NCBI GenBank assembly: GCA_965226495.1
Contig: OZ245365.1
Coordinates: forward strand, 3,712,001-3,776,000
Direction of reading: 5' to 3'
Origin: Candidatus Marinacidobacterales bacterium
Lineage (GTDB): Bacteria > Acidobacteriota > Vicinamibacteria > Marinacidobacterales > DATDRI01
DNA length: 64,000 nt
The notes below the pieces were generated by a model, which was not told the DNA's origin, searched no databases, and saw only the letters and a program-made list of their open reading frames with translations. A program made the translations under genes and the position numbers. Positions 48,351 through 59,273 of this stretch are shown piece after piece (position 1 is the stretch's first letter; every line of letters starts with the position of its first letter).

Positions 48351-50120
48351 ATGAGGTGGTCGTGGCTCACCCTGCTGGCGTTCGGCGGCGTTCATGCCTG
48401 TTCTTCCGGCCCTTCCGCGGATCTGATTCTCCGCGGAGGGAGGATTTACACGGTCGACCGAGAGCAACCCTGGGCCGAGGCGGTCGCGATCCGCGGAGAC
48501 GAGTTCATTGCCGTTGGACGTAGCCAAGAAATGGATCGGCTGATCGGCGGCGACACGGTCGTGGTCGAGCTCGACGGCCGTCTGGTCTTGCCCGGCATCA
48601 TCGATAGCCACATCCACTTCCTCGAGGGTTCGCTTCTTCTCGACCACGTCCAACTCGCCGAGGCCACCTCGCTCGAAGAAATGAAGGACATCGTGCGGCT
48701 CTTTGCCGAGGCCAACCCCAATGCGCCGTGGATCATCGGCCACGGTTGGAATTACACCAACGTCGATGAAGGACGACTACCCACTCGGGACGATCTTGAC
48801 GACGTCGCACCCGCTCGACCCGTCTTCCTCATGGCCTATGACGGTCATACCGCCTGGGTCAACTCGAAGGCTCTCGCCGCCGCAGGGATCGATAGCCAGT
48901 CGAAGCCACTAGGTCCGGGCGAGATCGTTAGGGATCCCGAAACCGGACAGGCAACCGGAGCACTCAAGGAGAAAGGAGCGATCCAGTTGGTGCGTCGCGT
49001 CATCCCCCGGCCCACCCGCGAGCAGTTACTAGCCACGCTCCGGAAGGGGATCGCCTATGCACACCGTTTCGGTGTGACGAGTATCCACTCCGCCGGCGGA
49101 ATTCCAGCCGAGGAGGATGCCGAGGGATATCCAGATAACGACGCACTCGATCTGTTCGCGGAGCTAGAGCAACGAGGCGAGCTGACGCTACGCGTTTATT
49201 CGGCGATGATCATCAATGGCACCACCACCGACGAGGACCTGGACCGCTTCGCCGAGTTGGGTGCGCGCCACCGAGGCCCCTGGCTCAAGGCCGGAGCGGT
49301 GAAGATCTTCATGGATGGCGTCATCGAGTCTCACACCGCCGCGATGCTCGAGACCTTTGCCAACAATCCCGAAGAACGTGGGGCTCCCAACTATACGCAG
49401 GCCGAGATCAACGAGCTCGTCTCCAAACTGGACGAGCGCGGCTTTCAGATCTTCACTCATGCTATCGGCGACCGAGCGGTGCGTATGGTCCTCGACGCAT
49501 ACCAGGAGGCCGCCGACGCCAATCCAAAGTCCCAGGGCCGGCATCGCATCGAACACGTCGAGGTTATCTCTGAGATAGACATCCCTCGTTTCGCCGAGCT
49601 CGACGTCATCGCGGCCATGCAGCCGCACCACGCGACTCCCGACATCGTGGGGGTGTGGGCCAAGGGCGTAGGGCCGAAGCGGATCGAGCGAGCCTTTGCG
49701 TGGAAGAGCCTTCGCGATGCCGGAGCGAGAGTCGTTCACGGAAGCGACTGGGCGGTGGTCACCATCGACCCATTGGTCGGACTCCATACCGCGGTCACGC
49801 GCCAAGATCTCGACAACCGGCCGGAAGGTGGCTGGATTCCCAATCAAAGATTGAAGTTGGAGGACGCGATCTCTGGTTATACGTTGGATGGCGCCTTTGC
49901 GTCTTTCGAGGAGGACGTCAAGGGTTCTATCGAGGTCGGAAAGCTGGCCGATCTCGCGGTTCTCTCGCAAGATCTCTTCAAGGTGCCGCCCCGCAAAATT
50001 GCAGCGACCGAGGTGATGATGACCCTCGTCGGAGGCAAGACAGTCTACGTTTCGCCTCGTTTTCTACCACCAGACTTGATAGAAACACTTTCGTCGATGA
50101 GTTCCCGAGGAATGCACTAA
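48351..50120 (+). CDS. YtcJ-like amidohydrolase (lipoprotein)
   Basis: PGIIDSHIH, KIFMDG, HAIGDRA, HRIEH, GSDW, GSIEVGKLAD. Confidence 0.92.
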   Translation: MRWSWLTLLAFGGVHACSSGPSADLILRGGRIYTVDREQPWAEAVAIRGDEFIAVGRSQEMDRLIGGDTVVVELDGRLVLPGIIDSHIHFLEGSLLLDHVQLAEATSLEEMKDIVRLFAEANPNAPWIIGHGWNYTNVDEGRLPTRDDLDDVAPARPVFLMAYDGHTAWVNSKALAAAGIDSQSKPLGPGEIVRDPETGQATGALKEKGAIQLVRRVIPRPTREQLLATLRKGIAYAHRFGVTSIHSAGGIPAEEDAEGYPDNDALDLFAELEQRGELTLRVYSAMIINGTTTDEDLDRFAELGARHRGPWLKAGAVKIFMDGVIESHTAAMLETFANNPEERGAPNYTQAEINELVSKLDERGFQIFTHAIGDRAVRMVLDAYQEAADANPKSQGRHRIEHVEVISEIDIPRFAELDVIAAMQPHHATPDIVGVWAKGVGPKRIERAFAWKSLRDAGARVVHGSDWAVVTIDPLVGLHTAVTRQDLDNRPEGGWIPNQRLKLEDAISGYTLDGAFASFEEDVKGSIEVGKLADLAVLSQDLFKVPPRKIAATEVMMTLVGGKTVYVSPRFLPPDLIETLSSMSSRGMH

Positions 50121-50994
50121 TGTTGGGGGTAAGGGAAAAGCTTGTGTTGTTTGTACTGATGATGTCTCTCGCGGCCGCTTCCCAGGCCCAAGACAAGATC
50201 AAAGTCATCGTAGATCAGGACGCGCGCGGGCCTTGCAGCACCGACATGCAGTCGATCTTGATGTTCGCGCAGTCTCCCAAGGTGGAGGTCCTGGGCATCA
50301 CGATCGCGAGCGGTGACTTGTGGATGGATCAAGATACGCTCCATACCCTGCGCGCTTTGGAGATCGCCGGGCGCACCGACATCCCGGTCTACCGCGGGGC
50401 GGTGTTCCCCCTTCTGAACAGCAAGGAAGAGGCGGAACGCTGGGAGGTCCTTTACGGTGAGCATCTCTATAAAGGAGCGTGGAACGACGGGATGCCAGGA
50501 CCGTACGAACGAGTGCCGCTGCCGGAAGGCGAGCCGACGACTGAGCCCGCGGAAGGCCACGCTGCCAATTTCATCGTGCAAGCGGTAAACGCCAATCCGG
50601 GAGAGGTTGTTATTTGGAGCGGCGGCCCGCTTACCAACATCGCGCTCGCGCTGATGCTGGATCCGAAGCTTCCGGAAAAAGCCAAGGAGTTGGTGGTGAT
50701 GGGGGGTGGGATTGACCGCGCGCTCTATCGCAAGGAGTTCAACTGGTGGTGGGATCCGGAAGCGACCCGCATGGTGCTCCGAGCTCCGTGGAAAAAAATA
50801 CCATCACACCGATGGACATTTCGGTCAAGACACGCCACAGCGAGGAGTTGGTGGCGCGCATCGGTGAATCTTCCAGACCTGTGGCGCAATACATCAAGCG
50901 CTTCCACCGGATGTCGCCGCCGGACGCAGATCCCGATTGGGTGCCCTGGATCTTCATGTGGGACGAGGTGAGCGTTGCTACGAAGAACTCATGA
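50120..50994 (+). pseudogene. Nucleoside hydrolase family, frameshifted near 50800 and 3'-truncated
   Basis: IIVDQD-like start (VIVDQDARGP), GGPLTNIALAL, EFNWWWDPEA; frame change at WKKI/TITPMDIS; stops just after MWDEVSVA. Confidence 0.75.
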
Positions 50995-51059
50995 CGAACT
51001 AGCATGACGAGTAGTAAACAGTGACCATCGGTTATCAGTACATAACTAATAAGTACTGA

Positions 51060-52688
51060 TTACTGATTACTATCGTCGTATCCGCCTGCCCCTGGCTGCG
51101 TGATCTCCATCCGCTCGTTGATCTTGGCTTCGCGGACCATGCGCCGTACGTCTGCCAACAGTGCCGGCGCGTCATAAATGATGCCGTCCTTGATGGTGTA
51201 CCGGACGCCCCCCACTCGAATCGGCTGGTTCTCGTCGTTCAGTTTGATGGCCCCGGTGCCGTAGAGCACTTTCAGATTCGAAAGCGGGCTCTCCTCCAAG
51301 ATGGCGAAGTCTGCCAGCTTGCCGACTTCTACGGAACCGATCTGATCCGACCGCCCCAAGGCCTCCGCGCCCTCGAGTGTCGCAGACCGGATGACTTCCA
51401 GAGGATGGAACCCCGCCTCTCGCAAGAGCTCCAGCTCTCGAATGTAGCCGAAGCCGTACAACTTATAAATGAATCCCGCATCGGATCCGGCGGCCACTCG
51501 CCCACCGCGGTTCTTGTACTCGTTCACGAACGTCATCCACAAGCGGTAGTTGTTCTTCCACTCCACCTCGTCTTCGGTGGTCCAGTAGAACCAGAAAGAA
51601 CCGTGGGCCTTTCGACTCGGCTGGTAAAAACGCCAAAGGGAGGGCAGCGTGTATTCCTCGTGCCACTCCGCTCTCCGCGCCCGCATCAAGTCCCGGCTGG
51701 CCTCGTAGATGGTGAACGTCGGAACCATCGTGAAGTCGAGCTCCAGGAGCTCTTCCATGACTTCGTTCCAATGTTCACTGTAAGGAGGTGCCGCTTGTTT
51801 CCAGAGTCGTCCGGCCTGTCCGAAGCGGTCCTGTTCGTTGCTGTAGTTGTAGTCGAGTGGAAAATCCTGGACCGTCCGGTCCGCGAACAAAGCCTCCGGC
51901 AATCCGTACCAGTGCTCCATCGTGGTGAGCCCTAGCCGAGCGGAGTCGAGCACGTTCATCCACGCCACGCCCATTTGGGCATGGTGGCAGGCGGTTCGAA
52001 TTCCCTGTTGCTTGGCTTCATCGATGGTGGCCGCCATGATATCGGGTCGGAGAGACGTGAGTTTCAAACCATCCGCTCCTTGCTTCGCCACTTCGGCGAC
52101 CCAGGCCCGAGCCTCATCGGGAGACGCAACAGGAGCGTCCCGACCTTGGCCGAAGCGGATGTAGGCCTGAATACGCGGTGCCGTAATCTCACTCTTCGCG
52201 CTCTTCTCCTTGTGGCGCAAATTCCAATCCAACCCGTTGCCGCTCCCTGGGTCGCGGATAGTCGTGATCCCGTGCCCCATCCAAAGCTTCAGGACGTACT
52301 CCGCCGACGTGCCTTGGCTGGCGCCGCCGATGTGCGCATGCATGTCCACCAGACCGGGCATCACGTACATTCCCTCGACGTCGAGCTCCTTGTCGCCCGC
52401 CTCCGCCTTTGGTCTCTTATCCTCGTCGATCGGAACGCCGGGAAAACCTACATTTTTTATCTGCACGATCCGATTCTGTTCGACGACGATGTCGACCGGT
52501 CCGATCGGAGGAGCGCCGGTACCATCGATGAGGGTGGCACCGCGCAGTATCAAGCGATCGAACGGTCCTTCCCCTTCCGCGCGCGGAGGCGCGTCAGGAA
52601 TAGGCTGCGGCTGACGTTGCGCAAAAGCGCCCTGGCTCAGTAGCAAGGCTACGAAGAGCCATGTTTTCGTAAGGATCCGCTTGATCAC
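51060..52688 (-). CDS. Amidohydrolase family protein (exported)
   Basis: PGLVDMHAH, TTMEHWYG, AGSDAG, GSVEVGKLAD. Confidence 0.9.
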   Translation of the reverse strand: MIKRILTKTWLFVALLLSQGAFAQRQPQPIPDAPPRAEGEGPFDRLILRGATLIDGTGAPPIGPVDIVVEQNRIVQIKNVGFPGVPIDEDKRPKAEAGDKELDVEGMYVMPGLVDMHAHIGGASQGTSAEYVLKLWMGHGITTIRDPGSGNGLDWNLRHKEKSAKSEITAPRIQAYIRFGQGRDAPVASPDEARAWVAEVAKQGADGLKLTSLRPDIMAATIDEAKQQGIRTACHHAQMGVAWMNVLDSARLGLTTMEHWYGLPEALFADRTVQDFPLDYNYSNEQDRFGQAGRLWKQAAPPYSEHWNEVMEELLELDFTMVPTFTIYEASRDLMRARRAEWHEEYTLPSLWRFYQPSRKAHGSFWFYWTTEDEVEWKNNYRLWMTFVNEYKNRGGRVAAGSDAGFIYKLYGFGYIRELELLREAGFHPLEVIRSATLEGAEALGRSDQIGSVEVGKLADFAILEESPLSNLKVLYGTGAIKLNDENQPIRVGGVRYTIKDGIIYDAPALLADVRRMVREAKINERMEITQPGAGGYDDSNQ

Positions 52689-52895
52689 GGCTTAGGCCTC
52701 CCCTCTCTCTCGAAACTCGACGGAATATAGTACAGAACGCGCCGGTTGGCGATTCGGCTCGCGGTTTGACCCGGCCCCTTTCCAGGGCTAGATTAGGCCG
52801 TCTTTAACGAGTCCTGCCTTCAACGTTCGATGGAGTGACACATGCGACGTACTCGAAATTCGCTACTGCCGCTGGTCTGCAAACACCGCGGGGCG

Positions 52896-53750
52896 ATGAA
52901 CATGGAGCCGTTCAAAGGGTTGTCCGCAATCAGCGCGGCATTGATCGCCATCGTCGTGGGATGCCAAATGCCCCAACGTGATCCCAACGAAGACATCGCA
53001 GCGATCTTCTCTGGCAACGGAGCCGAATGGATCGACATGAGCTATGCCTACGACGAGACAACCCTCTTTTGGCCCACCGCCCAACCCTATGAGCTCGAAG
53101 TGGTCGCCGCCGGGATGACCGAAGCAGGCTACTACTATGGAGCCAACAACTTTTGTACGGCGGAACATGGCGGTACGCACTTGGACGCCCCGATCCATTT
53201 CTCCGAGGGAAAGCATACGACCGAGCAGATCCCGTTGGCGCGGCTCATCGGACCCGCGGTCGTCGTGGATGTCAGCGAGGCCGCGGCGTCCGACCCAGAC
53301 TATTTGATCGGTGTGGACGACCTCGAGGCGTGGGAATCGACTCATGGCCACATCCCGGACGAATCGATCCTTCTATTGAAGACCGGCTGGGGAGAGCGCT
53401 GGCCCGACCGGGAAACGTACTTGGGGACAAGCCTGACCGGTGAGGAAGCGGTGCCAGAGCTCCATTTCCCCGGCATCGATCCCGATGCGGCTCGCTGGTT
53501 AGTGGAGAATCGGAACATCGACGCCATCGGAATCGACACCGCGAGCATCGACTACGGTCAATCGAGTCTCTTCGAGACCCACCGAATCTTGCTAGGGGAG
53601 AACCTCCCCGCCTTCGAGAACGTGGCGTCGCTCGACCGACTGCCGCCGACCGGTGCCTACATCATTGCCCTTCCGGTGAAAATAGGCCGCGGAACCGGTG
53701 GCCCGCTCCGCATGGTAGGTGTGATCCCTGCCCTATCAGGCCGTCCCTAG
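52896..53750 (+). CDS. Cyclase family (kynurenine formamidase-like) lipoprotein
   Basis: EHGGTHLDAPIHF, GIDTASID, FENV, GTGGPLR. Confidence 0.92.
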   Translation: MNMEPFKGLSAISAALIAIVVGCQMPQRDPNEDIAAIFSGNGAEWIDMSYAYDETTLFWPTAQPYELEVVAAGMTEAGYYYGANNFCTAEHGGTHLDAPIHFSEGKHTTEQIPLARLIGPAVVVDVSEAAASDPDYLIGVDDLEAWESTHGHIPDESILLLKTGWGERWPDRETYLGTSLTGEEAVPELHFPGIDPDAARWLVENRNIDAIGIDTASIDYGQSSLFETHRILLGENLPAFENVASLDRLPPTGAYIIALPVKIGRGTGGPLRMVGVIPALSGRP

Positions 53751-53756
53751 ACCTGC

Positions 53757-54638
53757 TTACTGTTGCATCAAGAACGCCCTACCATCCTCGTAACCCAAGT
53801 CACAGGCCCGCTCGAGCTTCTGTCGGTCACGTGTTGCCCGACCAACTCCCAGCGGTCGGGATGGACGCAAGACCACTATGCGAGATTCTGTGGGAGCCGC
53901 CGTCAGTACCGCCGCGGCTTCTCGATAGCGGCGGTGACGTTGGTTCAGCGCCTTGCGTACTCCCGCAGTGGTTGAGAGGAGGTGATTCCCAAGCGGCGCC
54001 CACCACTTCCGCACGCCTCGGTTCTCGATCGAGCTCGTCAGAACGACAACGACTTCCTTCGCGCCGAGGGCCAGCGCTTGTGATTCCCAAGCCCACCACT
54101 TACTGGATCGACAGGATCAGCGCGACCAGGATCAGCGACCCCCGTCCACATACCGCCGTCCTTGATAGACGACGGGGCGACGATAGAAGAGGGGCAAAGC
54201 ACAAGTCGCCCGGAGCGCAGTCAACAAATCATCCTCGTGGTTGTTCAAGTACCGAACCGCTCCCGTTTCGGCGTCCGTGACACCGATGTGCAGTGGGACC
54301 GGGCTCTTCTTCAACGCTTCGAGATCTAGTGGGCAGAGTTTGCCGTGGACCTCATCAGTCAAGTAGTCGATATCCATCACATCACCGCCGTTAAGAAGGC
54401 GATGCCAACGAATGAAGTTTTTGCCCGCTAGGTAGTCGAGATACACCGTGCGGTTGCGGCCCGGTTGACCGGCTAGAAAGGAGGCCGCGGTACAGGCTCC
54501 GGCGGAACACGCGACGACGAGATCGAAGCCGTGCGACCGTTGGTTCTCCGCGAAGGCCTCCAACACTCCAGCGGTGTAAGTGCCGCGCATCCCCCCGCCT
54601 TCCAATACCAACGCGCGTGACCCGCCATTCATGTTCAT
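53757..54638 (-). pseudogene. Patatin family protein (YjjU-like), frame scrambled at about 54070-54140
   Basis: LEGGGMRG, ACSAGA, YVDGG; C-terminal half (QALALGAKEVVVVLT...LGYEDGRAF) lies in another frame. Confidence 0.75.
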
Positions 54639-54713
54639 GGGGAGACCATTCTATTGAAAAACTGCCGGGCTCGCTCGCCCATGAGCCTCGCCATCCCACA
54701 TAATAGGTTCGCT

Positions 54714-56210
54714 ATGGAGAACGAGTTTTCTTTTCGGACGCGCCGTCAAGCTTTGAAAGAGGCGGCGACCAAAGAGCTCGACCTGGTTGTCATTGGCGGC
54801 GGCATCACCGGCGCCGGCATCGCGTGGGATGCCGCCTTGCGTGGTATCCATACCGCGGCCTTCGAGCGCCGCGACTTTGCGCACGCCACGAGCAGCAAGA
54901 CATCGAAGATGATCCACGGTGGGCTCCGTTATCTCCGCAACTTGGAGTTTTCGTTGGTACGTGAGTCCCTACGGGAGCGCAAGATCTTGCTCGAAAACGC
55001 TCGGGAGTTCGTGAATTGGCTCCCCCTGATCATCCCGCTCTTTTCTCCATGGGACGTGCTGAAGTTCCGCACCGGTCTGGTTCTCTATGACGCCCTGGCC
55101 AAGGAGCGGGGCAGAACGCATTGCAGGCTGAAGAAAGAGCAAGTCGTAGCAGCAGTCCCCTTCTTGGAAACGCTCGAGTTGCGGGGCGGACTGCAATATT
55201 GGGACGCGGTGATGGATGACAGCCGGCTGAACCTGGCGGTCATGGCTTCCGCCGCCAGCCACGGAGCTCTGATTTCCAATCACGCCGAGGTCGAGGAATT
55301 CGTCTTCGCGGGCAGTCGGGTGTCTGGAGTCCGGGTCCGTGACCGAATCAGCGGCGAGAGCTTCACGGTTCGGGCACGTCAGGTCGTCAATGCTACCGGC
55401 CCCTGGGGCCCAACGCTCGACCAGAAGACCGGATCGTCTGCTTCTCTTCGGCTACGACCCAACCGAGGCGCTCACCTGATCGTTTCGTCACATCGACTCC
55501 CGGCAGAGTCTGCGCTCGCGATCCCACTCCCCGGCGGACGACTTCTTTTCGTGGTCCCCTGGCAAGGGAGAGTGCTCTTGGGAACGACAGAGTCCGTGTT
55601 CGCTGGAGATCTGGATTGCGTCGCCGCGGAGGGCGAGGAGGTGAACTTCCTCCTAGAACTTGCCGGGCGTTTTTTTCCGAAAGTCCATCTATCCCGGCGC
55701 GATATCCTCGCCAGTTTCGCCGGGGTCCGGCCCTTGGTGGACGCTGGCAATCGTTCTCTTTCGCGTACCAGCCGGGAGGACAAGATCGGGCTTTCCTCTT
55801 CGGGACTGATCTCAGTGGCGGGGGGGAAGTACACAACGTTTCGACGAATGGCAGAAAAGGTCGTCGACCGCGTCGTCGATCGTCTCCAAGGAGAAAAACG
55901 ACGTTTGGGTCCATGCCGTACGAGGGAGATAACACTCGACGGCATACTCCCGCCCTCTCCTGATAGAATCCCGTCCGCGGAAACCATCCGGGGTAGCATC
56001 CATCGGGAGATGACCATGACCCTGGGCGATCTTCTGATTCGCCGCACCAAGGCGGTTTTGCTCGAAGAAGATCAGGGCTTGGGCTCGGCCGAGACGGCCT
56101 CCCGAATCATGGCCGAGGAGCTGGGTTGGAGCGACGACGAACGTCAAGCGCAGGTGTCGGTTTTTCGCGACGAGGTATCGCAGTGTTTCAAACGAGGAGA
56201 GCTCCTATGA
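54714..56210 (+). CDS. glpD: FAD-dependent glycerol-3-phosphate dehydrogenase
   Basis: IGGGITGAG, TSSKTSKMIHGGLRYL, NATGPW, FAGVRPL, GGKYTTFR, RRT. Confidence 0.9.
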   Translation: MENEFSFRTRRQALKEAATKELDLVVIGGGITGAGIAWDAALRGIHTAAFERRDFAHATSSKTSKMIHGGLRYLRNLEFSLVRESLRERKILLENAREFVNWLPLIIPLFSPWDVLKFRTGLVLYDALAKERGRTHCRLKKEQVVAAVPFLETLELRGGLQYWDAVMDDSRLNLAVMASAASHGALISNHAEVEEFVFAGSRVSGVRVRDRISGESFTVRARQVVNATGPWGPTLDQKTGSSASLRLRPNRGAHLIVSSHRLPAESALAIPLPGGRLLFVVPWQGRVLLGTTESVFAGDLDCVAAEGEEVNFLLELAGRFFPKVHLSRRDILASFAGVRPLVDAGNRSLSRTSREDKIGLSSSGLISVAGGKYTTFRRMAEKVVDRVVDRLQGEKRRLGPCRTREITLDGILPPSPDRIPSAETIRGSIHREMTMTLGDLLIRRTKAVLLEEDQGLGSAETASRIMAEELGWSDDERQAQVSVFRDEVSQCFKRGELL

Positions 56211-58261
56211 CTCGATGGAAGACAGTAGCAGTCTTGGTCTGCGGGCTCCTGGTTGCGCAGCAAGGCATTGCGCAGAAAAGATCATGGCGCGCCGCCGACG
56301 AGTTCAAAACCAAGAGCTTCAGTGATCTGGCCGTCTCGCCGGAGGGCGATGCTCTACTCTTCGTCTTGCACGAAAGCGACCTCGCGAAGAACCGTCGATA
56401 TTCGAACATTTGGCTGCTACCGACTAGCGGAGGGCCGCAGGCAGCTCGACAAGTTCAGCAGGCTCCGCGGGCCTTGACCGATCGCGGCTCCTTTTCGAGC
56501 CCGCGGTGGTCGCCCGACGGGAGGCGGATCGCTTATTTCGCTTCCGATGCGAAGGGGCTGAGCCTGTGGGTCATGAACAGAGACGGCGGCCAAAAGAAAC
56601 ATCTCACCGGCCTGGAGCGTTCCAACGCGTACCTAGGATGGGGTGACAACGTGGGCAACCATCTTTCCTGGTCGCCTGATGGCAAGACCCTGGCTTTTAC
56701 TGCGGCCGGTCCGAGTTACTACCGCAAGCCGATCGCACCGCCAGCTCTTCCCAATGAGAACGAGCCGATGGTGGTAGAGCGGGCTCTCTTCAAGGCTACC
56801 TATTACTTCTCGGATCTTAGACGCACTCATATCTGGACGATTCCCGTCGGCGGGGGCGAACCGAAACAGATATCCAGTGGAGACTACGACTACCACTCCA
56901 TCTCCTGGTCCCCGGATGGTGAGAGCATCGCGTGTATCTCGAATCGAACCGGAAGAGACGACTTCGATTCCAACACCGATATTTGTTTGCTCTCCCCGGA
57001 GGGGGGACCGGTTCGGCAACTCACGAATACGCCGGGCCCCGAATATCAACCCTTCTGGTCCCCGGATGGTGAGCGCATCGCGTTCCTAGGGAGGGAAAGA
57101 CCGGGCCGGAGCCGTGCGGCCGATCCCGAGCTCAAGAAAGTTTACGTGATCAATCCCGACGGGTCCGAGCGAGTAAATCTAACCGCCCCGCTGGATCGGT
57201 GGAGCACATCGCCCCGTTGGTCGGTGGACAGCCGCAACGTGTACTTCACCGCCCAAAACTCCGGTGCCGGCTCGCTCTACTCTGCTCCTCGGGACGGCGG
57301 GCCGGTCGAGCCGATCGTCGACTCCGAGGGCACGGTCGGGAGCTTTGCCGTGAACGACAAGCACGAGGTTTTTTTCGCCTACGCCGACGACACGCGCCCC
57401 TCAGAACTCTATGGGCTTCCCGAAGGCATTCGAAACCGCAACAAGCTGACGGCATTCAACGACCCCGTGCTCTCCCAGGTCGCCACGATTCCGACCGAGA
57501 AGTTCGCATACCCCAGCGTCGACGATCTCACGATAGAAGGCTGGATCATGAAGCCCGGAGGGTTCGAGAAGCGCAAAAGACATCCCATGATTCTAGCTGT
57601 CCATGGCGGCCCTCACGGGCAATACGGATTCAATTTCTATGGGCAGTTTCAATACCTCGCGAGCGCCGGCTACGTGGTCGTGTTCTTGAATCCCCGAGGC
57701 AGCACCGGCCGGGGACAGGCATTTTCCGACATGTGCGTAGGCGATTTGGGCGGCGGCGACTACAAAGACCTGATGGCGGGTGTGGACTACGTTCTCGAGA
57801 AATACGATTTCATCGATCGGAATCGCTTGGGTGTGACCGGCACGAGCTACGGTGGCTATATGACCAATTGGATCATTACCCACACCGACCGTTTCAAGGC
57901 AGCGGTGCCAGTCTCCAGCATCAGCAACTTGATCAGCATGTGGGGCACGGCGGCCAACTACTTGTGGTTCCCGAGTGACATGGGCTTTCGGCCGATGGAC
58001 GACTACCAGCGGGCCTGGGACGCATCCCCTCTCAAATACGTCAAGAACTGCAAGACACCCACGTTGTTCATCAGCGGCGCATGGGATTTCATCACCCCCG
58101 TCTACCAGGCGGAGGAAATGTTCATCGCCCTGAAATCTTTAGGCATTGATGCGACTCACGCATCCTATCCGAACGAGGGCCACGGAGTCCGAAACCAACC
58201 TCGCCACACTCATGATTATTACGAGAGAGTGGTAGCTTGGTTCGATAAGTATGTGAAGTAA
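56207..58261 (+). CDS. S9 family prolyl oligopeptidase/acylaminoacyl peptidase
   Basis: WSPDG repeats, HGGPHG, GTSYGG, EGHG. Confidence 0.93.
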   Translation: MTRWKTVAVLVCGLLVAQQGIAQKRSWRAADEFKTKSFSDLAVSPEGDALLFVLHESDLAKNRRYSNIWLLPTSGGPQAARQVQQAPRALTDRGSFSSPRWSPDGRRIAYFASDAKGLSLWVMNRDGGQKKHLTGLERSNAYLGWGDNVGNHLSWSPDGKTLAFTAAGPSYYRKPIAPPALPNENEPMVVERALFKATYYFSDLRRTHIWTIPVGGGEPKQISSGDYDYHSISWSPDGESIACISNRTGRDDFDSNTDICLLSPEGGPVRQLTNTPGPEYQPFWSPDGERIAFLGRERPGRSRAADPELKKVYVINPDGSERVNLTAPLDRWSTSPRWSVDSRNVYFTAQNSGAGSLYSAPRDGGPVEPIVDSEGTVGSFAVNDKHEVFFAYADDTRPSELYGLPEGIRNRNKLTAFNDPVLSQVATIPTEKFAYPSVDDLTIEGWIMKPGGFEKRKRHPMILAVHGGPHGQYGFNFYGQFQYLASAGYVVVFLNPRGSTGRGQAFSDMCVGDLGGGDYKDLMAGVDYVLEKYDFIDRNRLGVTGTSYGGYMTNWIITHTDRFKAAVPVSSISNLISMWGTAANYLWFPSDMGFRPMDDYQRAWDASPLKYVKNCKTPTLFISGAWDFITPVYQAEEMFIALKSLGIDATHASYPNEGHGVRNQPRHTHDYYERVVAWFDKYVK

Positions 58262-58262
58262 T

Positions 58263-59273
58263 TCAACACTGATACCGTTTCTTGATGTTGGGAATCAAGT
58301 ACTCGCTGAAGGAGCGGTCGAGGTCGAACGTCGGCTCCCAACCCCATTCCCTTTGCGCCGCGGTGTCGTCGAGATCCGCGGGCCAAGTATCGATGATCGC
58401 CTGGCGCTTCTCGTCCACTTGAAAGCTGATCTGCGCACCCGGAAACGCCCGAAGAACGAGAGCACGTATCTCCTCGGCGGAAAGGCTGAAGCTGGTGACG
58501 TTGTAGACCAAACGACTAAGGGAATCGCGGGGTGCCTGCGCCAAATGAAGCAGAGCTTGCACCGCGTCGGGCATGATCAAAAAAGGGATTCGAGCTTCGG
58601 GACGTACGAAACATTCGTAGTGCTCTTTTTTTGCCGCGGCATGGATCATCTCCGGCGCGTAATCACTGGTCCCCCCGCTCGGCAGCGTAAATGCGCTGAT
58701 GAGACCAGGGAAACGGACGCCCCGGAAGTCCACCATCACCGGTTGCTCAGCCGCTAGTTGTTTGTAGTTCTGGCTGAAATAACTGCCCAGCATTTCGCAG
58801 TAAAGCTTGTTGCATCCGTACATCGTCGTCGGAGAGTTCCACTCCCACTCGCGCACTCGGGCGTAGCGAGCCTTCGTCTCCCGATCGGGCAAGCCATAAG
58901 CGGCGATCGAGCTCGGGAAGATGAACTGGACCGGCCGACCCCGCCACTGGGACTGCTCCGAGGCTAGTTTCAAAAGCTCCAGCATTCCCTCCACGTTCAC
59001 GCGGTGCGCCGTCTCGGGACTGAACTCGGCTCGGGTCGAGAGCAAAGCGGCGAGATGGTAGATGGTGTCGATCTCGTACTCCGCCACCAGACGGTCCAAC
59101 AACGCCTTATCTAGGATGTCTCCTTGGATATGTATGCCATCGCCCAGGTCACCGGGGAGTGGTGATAGATCCAAAGTGACCAGCAAGTGGCTCTTGGACT
59201 TCGAGAGCTCCTTGATGAGCGCCTGGCCTACTTCGCCGGCGGCGCCAGTGATGAAAACGATCTTCTTTCGCAT
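58263..59273 (-). CDS. NAD-dependent epimerase/SDR, L-threonine dehydrogenase-like
   Basis: TGAAGEVG, HLAALLS, PSSIA, YGCNK, GGTSDYAP. Confidence 0.85.
   Translation of the reverse strand: MRKKIVFITGAAGEVGQALIKELSKSKSHLLVTLDLSPLPGDLGDGIHIQGDILDKALLDRLVAEYEIDTIYHLAALLSTRAEFSPETAHRVNVEGMLELLKLASEQSQWRGRPVQFIFPSSIAAYGLPDRETKARYARVREWEWNSPTTMYGCNKLYCEMLGSYFSQNYKQLAAEQPVMVDFRGVRFPGLISAFTLPSGGTSDYAPEMIHAAAKKEHYECFVRPEARIPFLIMPDAVQALLHLAQAPRDSLSRLVYNVTSFSLSAEEIRALVLRAFPGAQISFQVDEKRQAIIDTWPADLDDTAAQREWGWEPTFDLDRSFSEYLIPNIKKRYQC

Noticed and set aside
49655-50119. N-terminal extension of the nucleoside hydrolase ORF
   Set aside because: It overlaps the amidohydrolase out of frame; the signal peptide starts at ATG 50120
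7921-54145. Programmed frameshifting as the explanation for the split genes
   Set aside because: The breaks occur in unrelated enzyme families with no shared slippery motif or stimulator; sequencing error is more parsimonious
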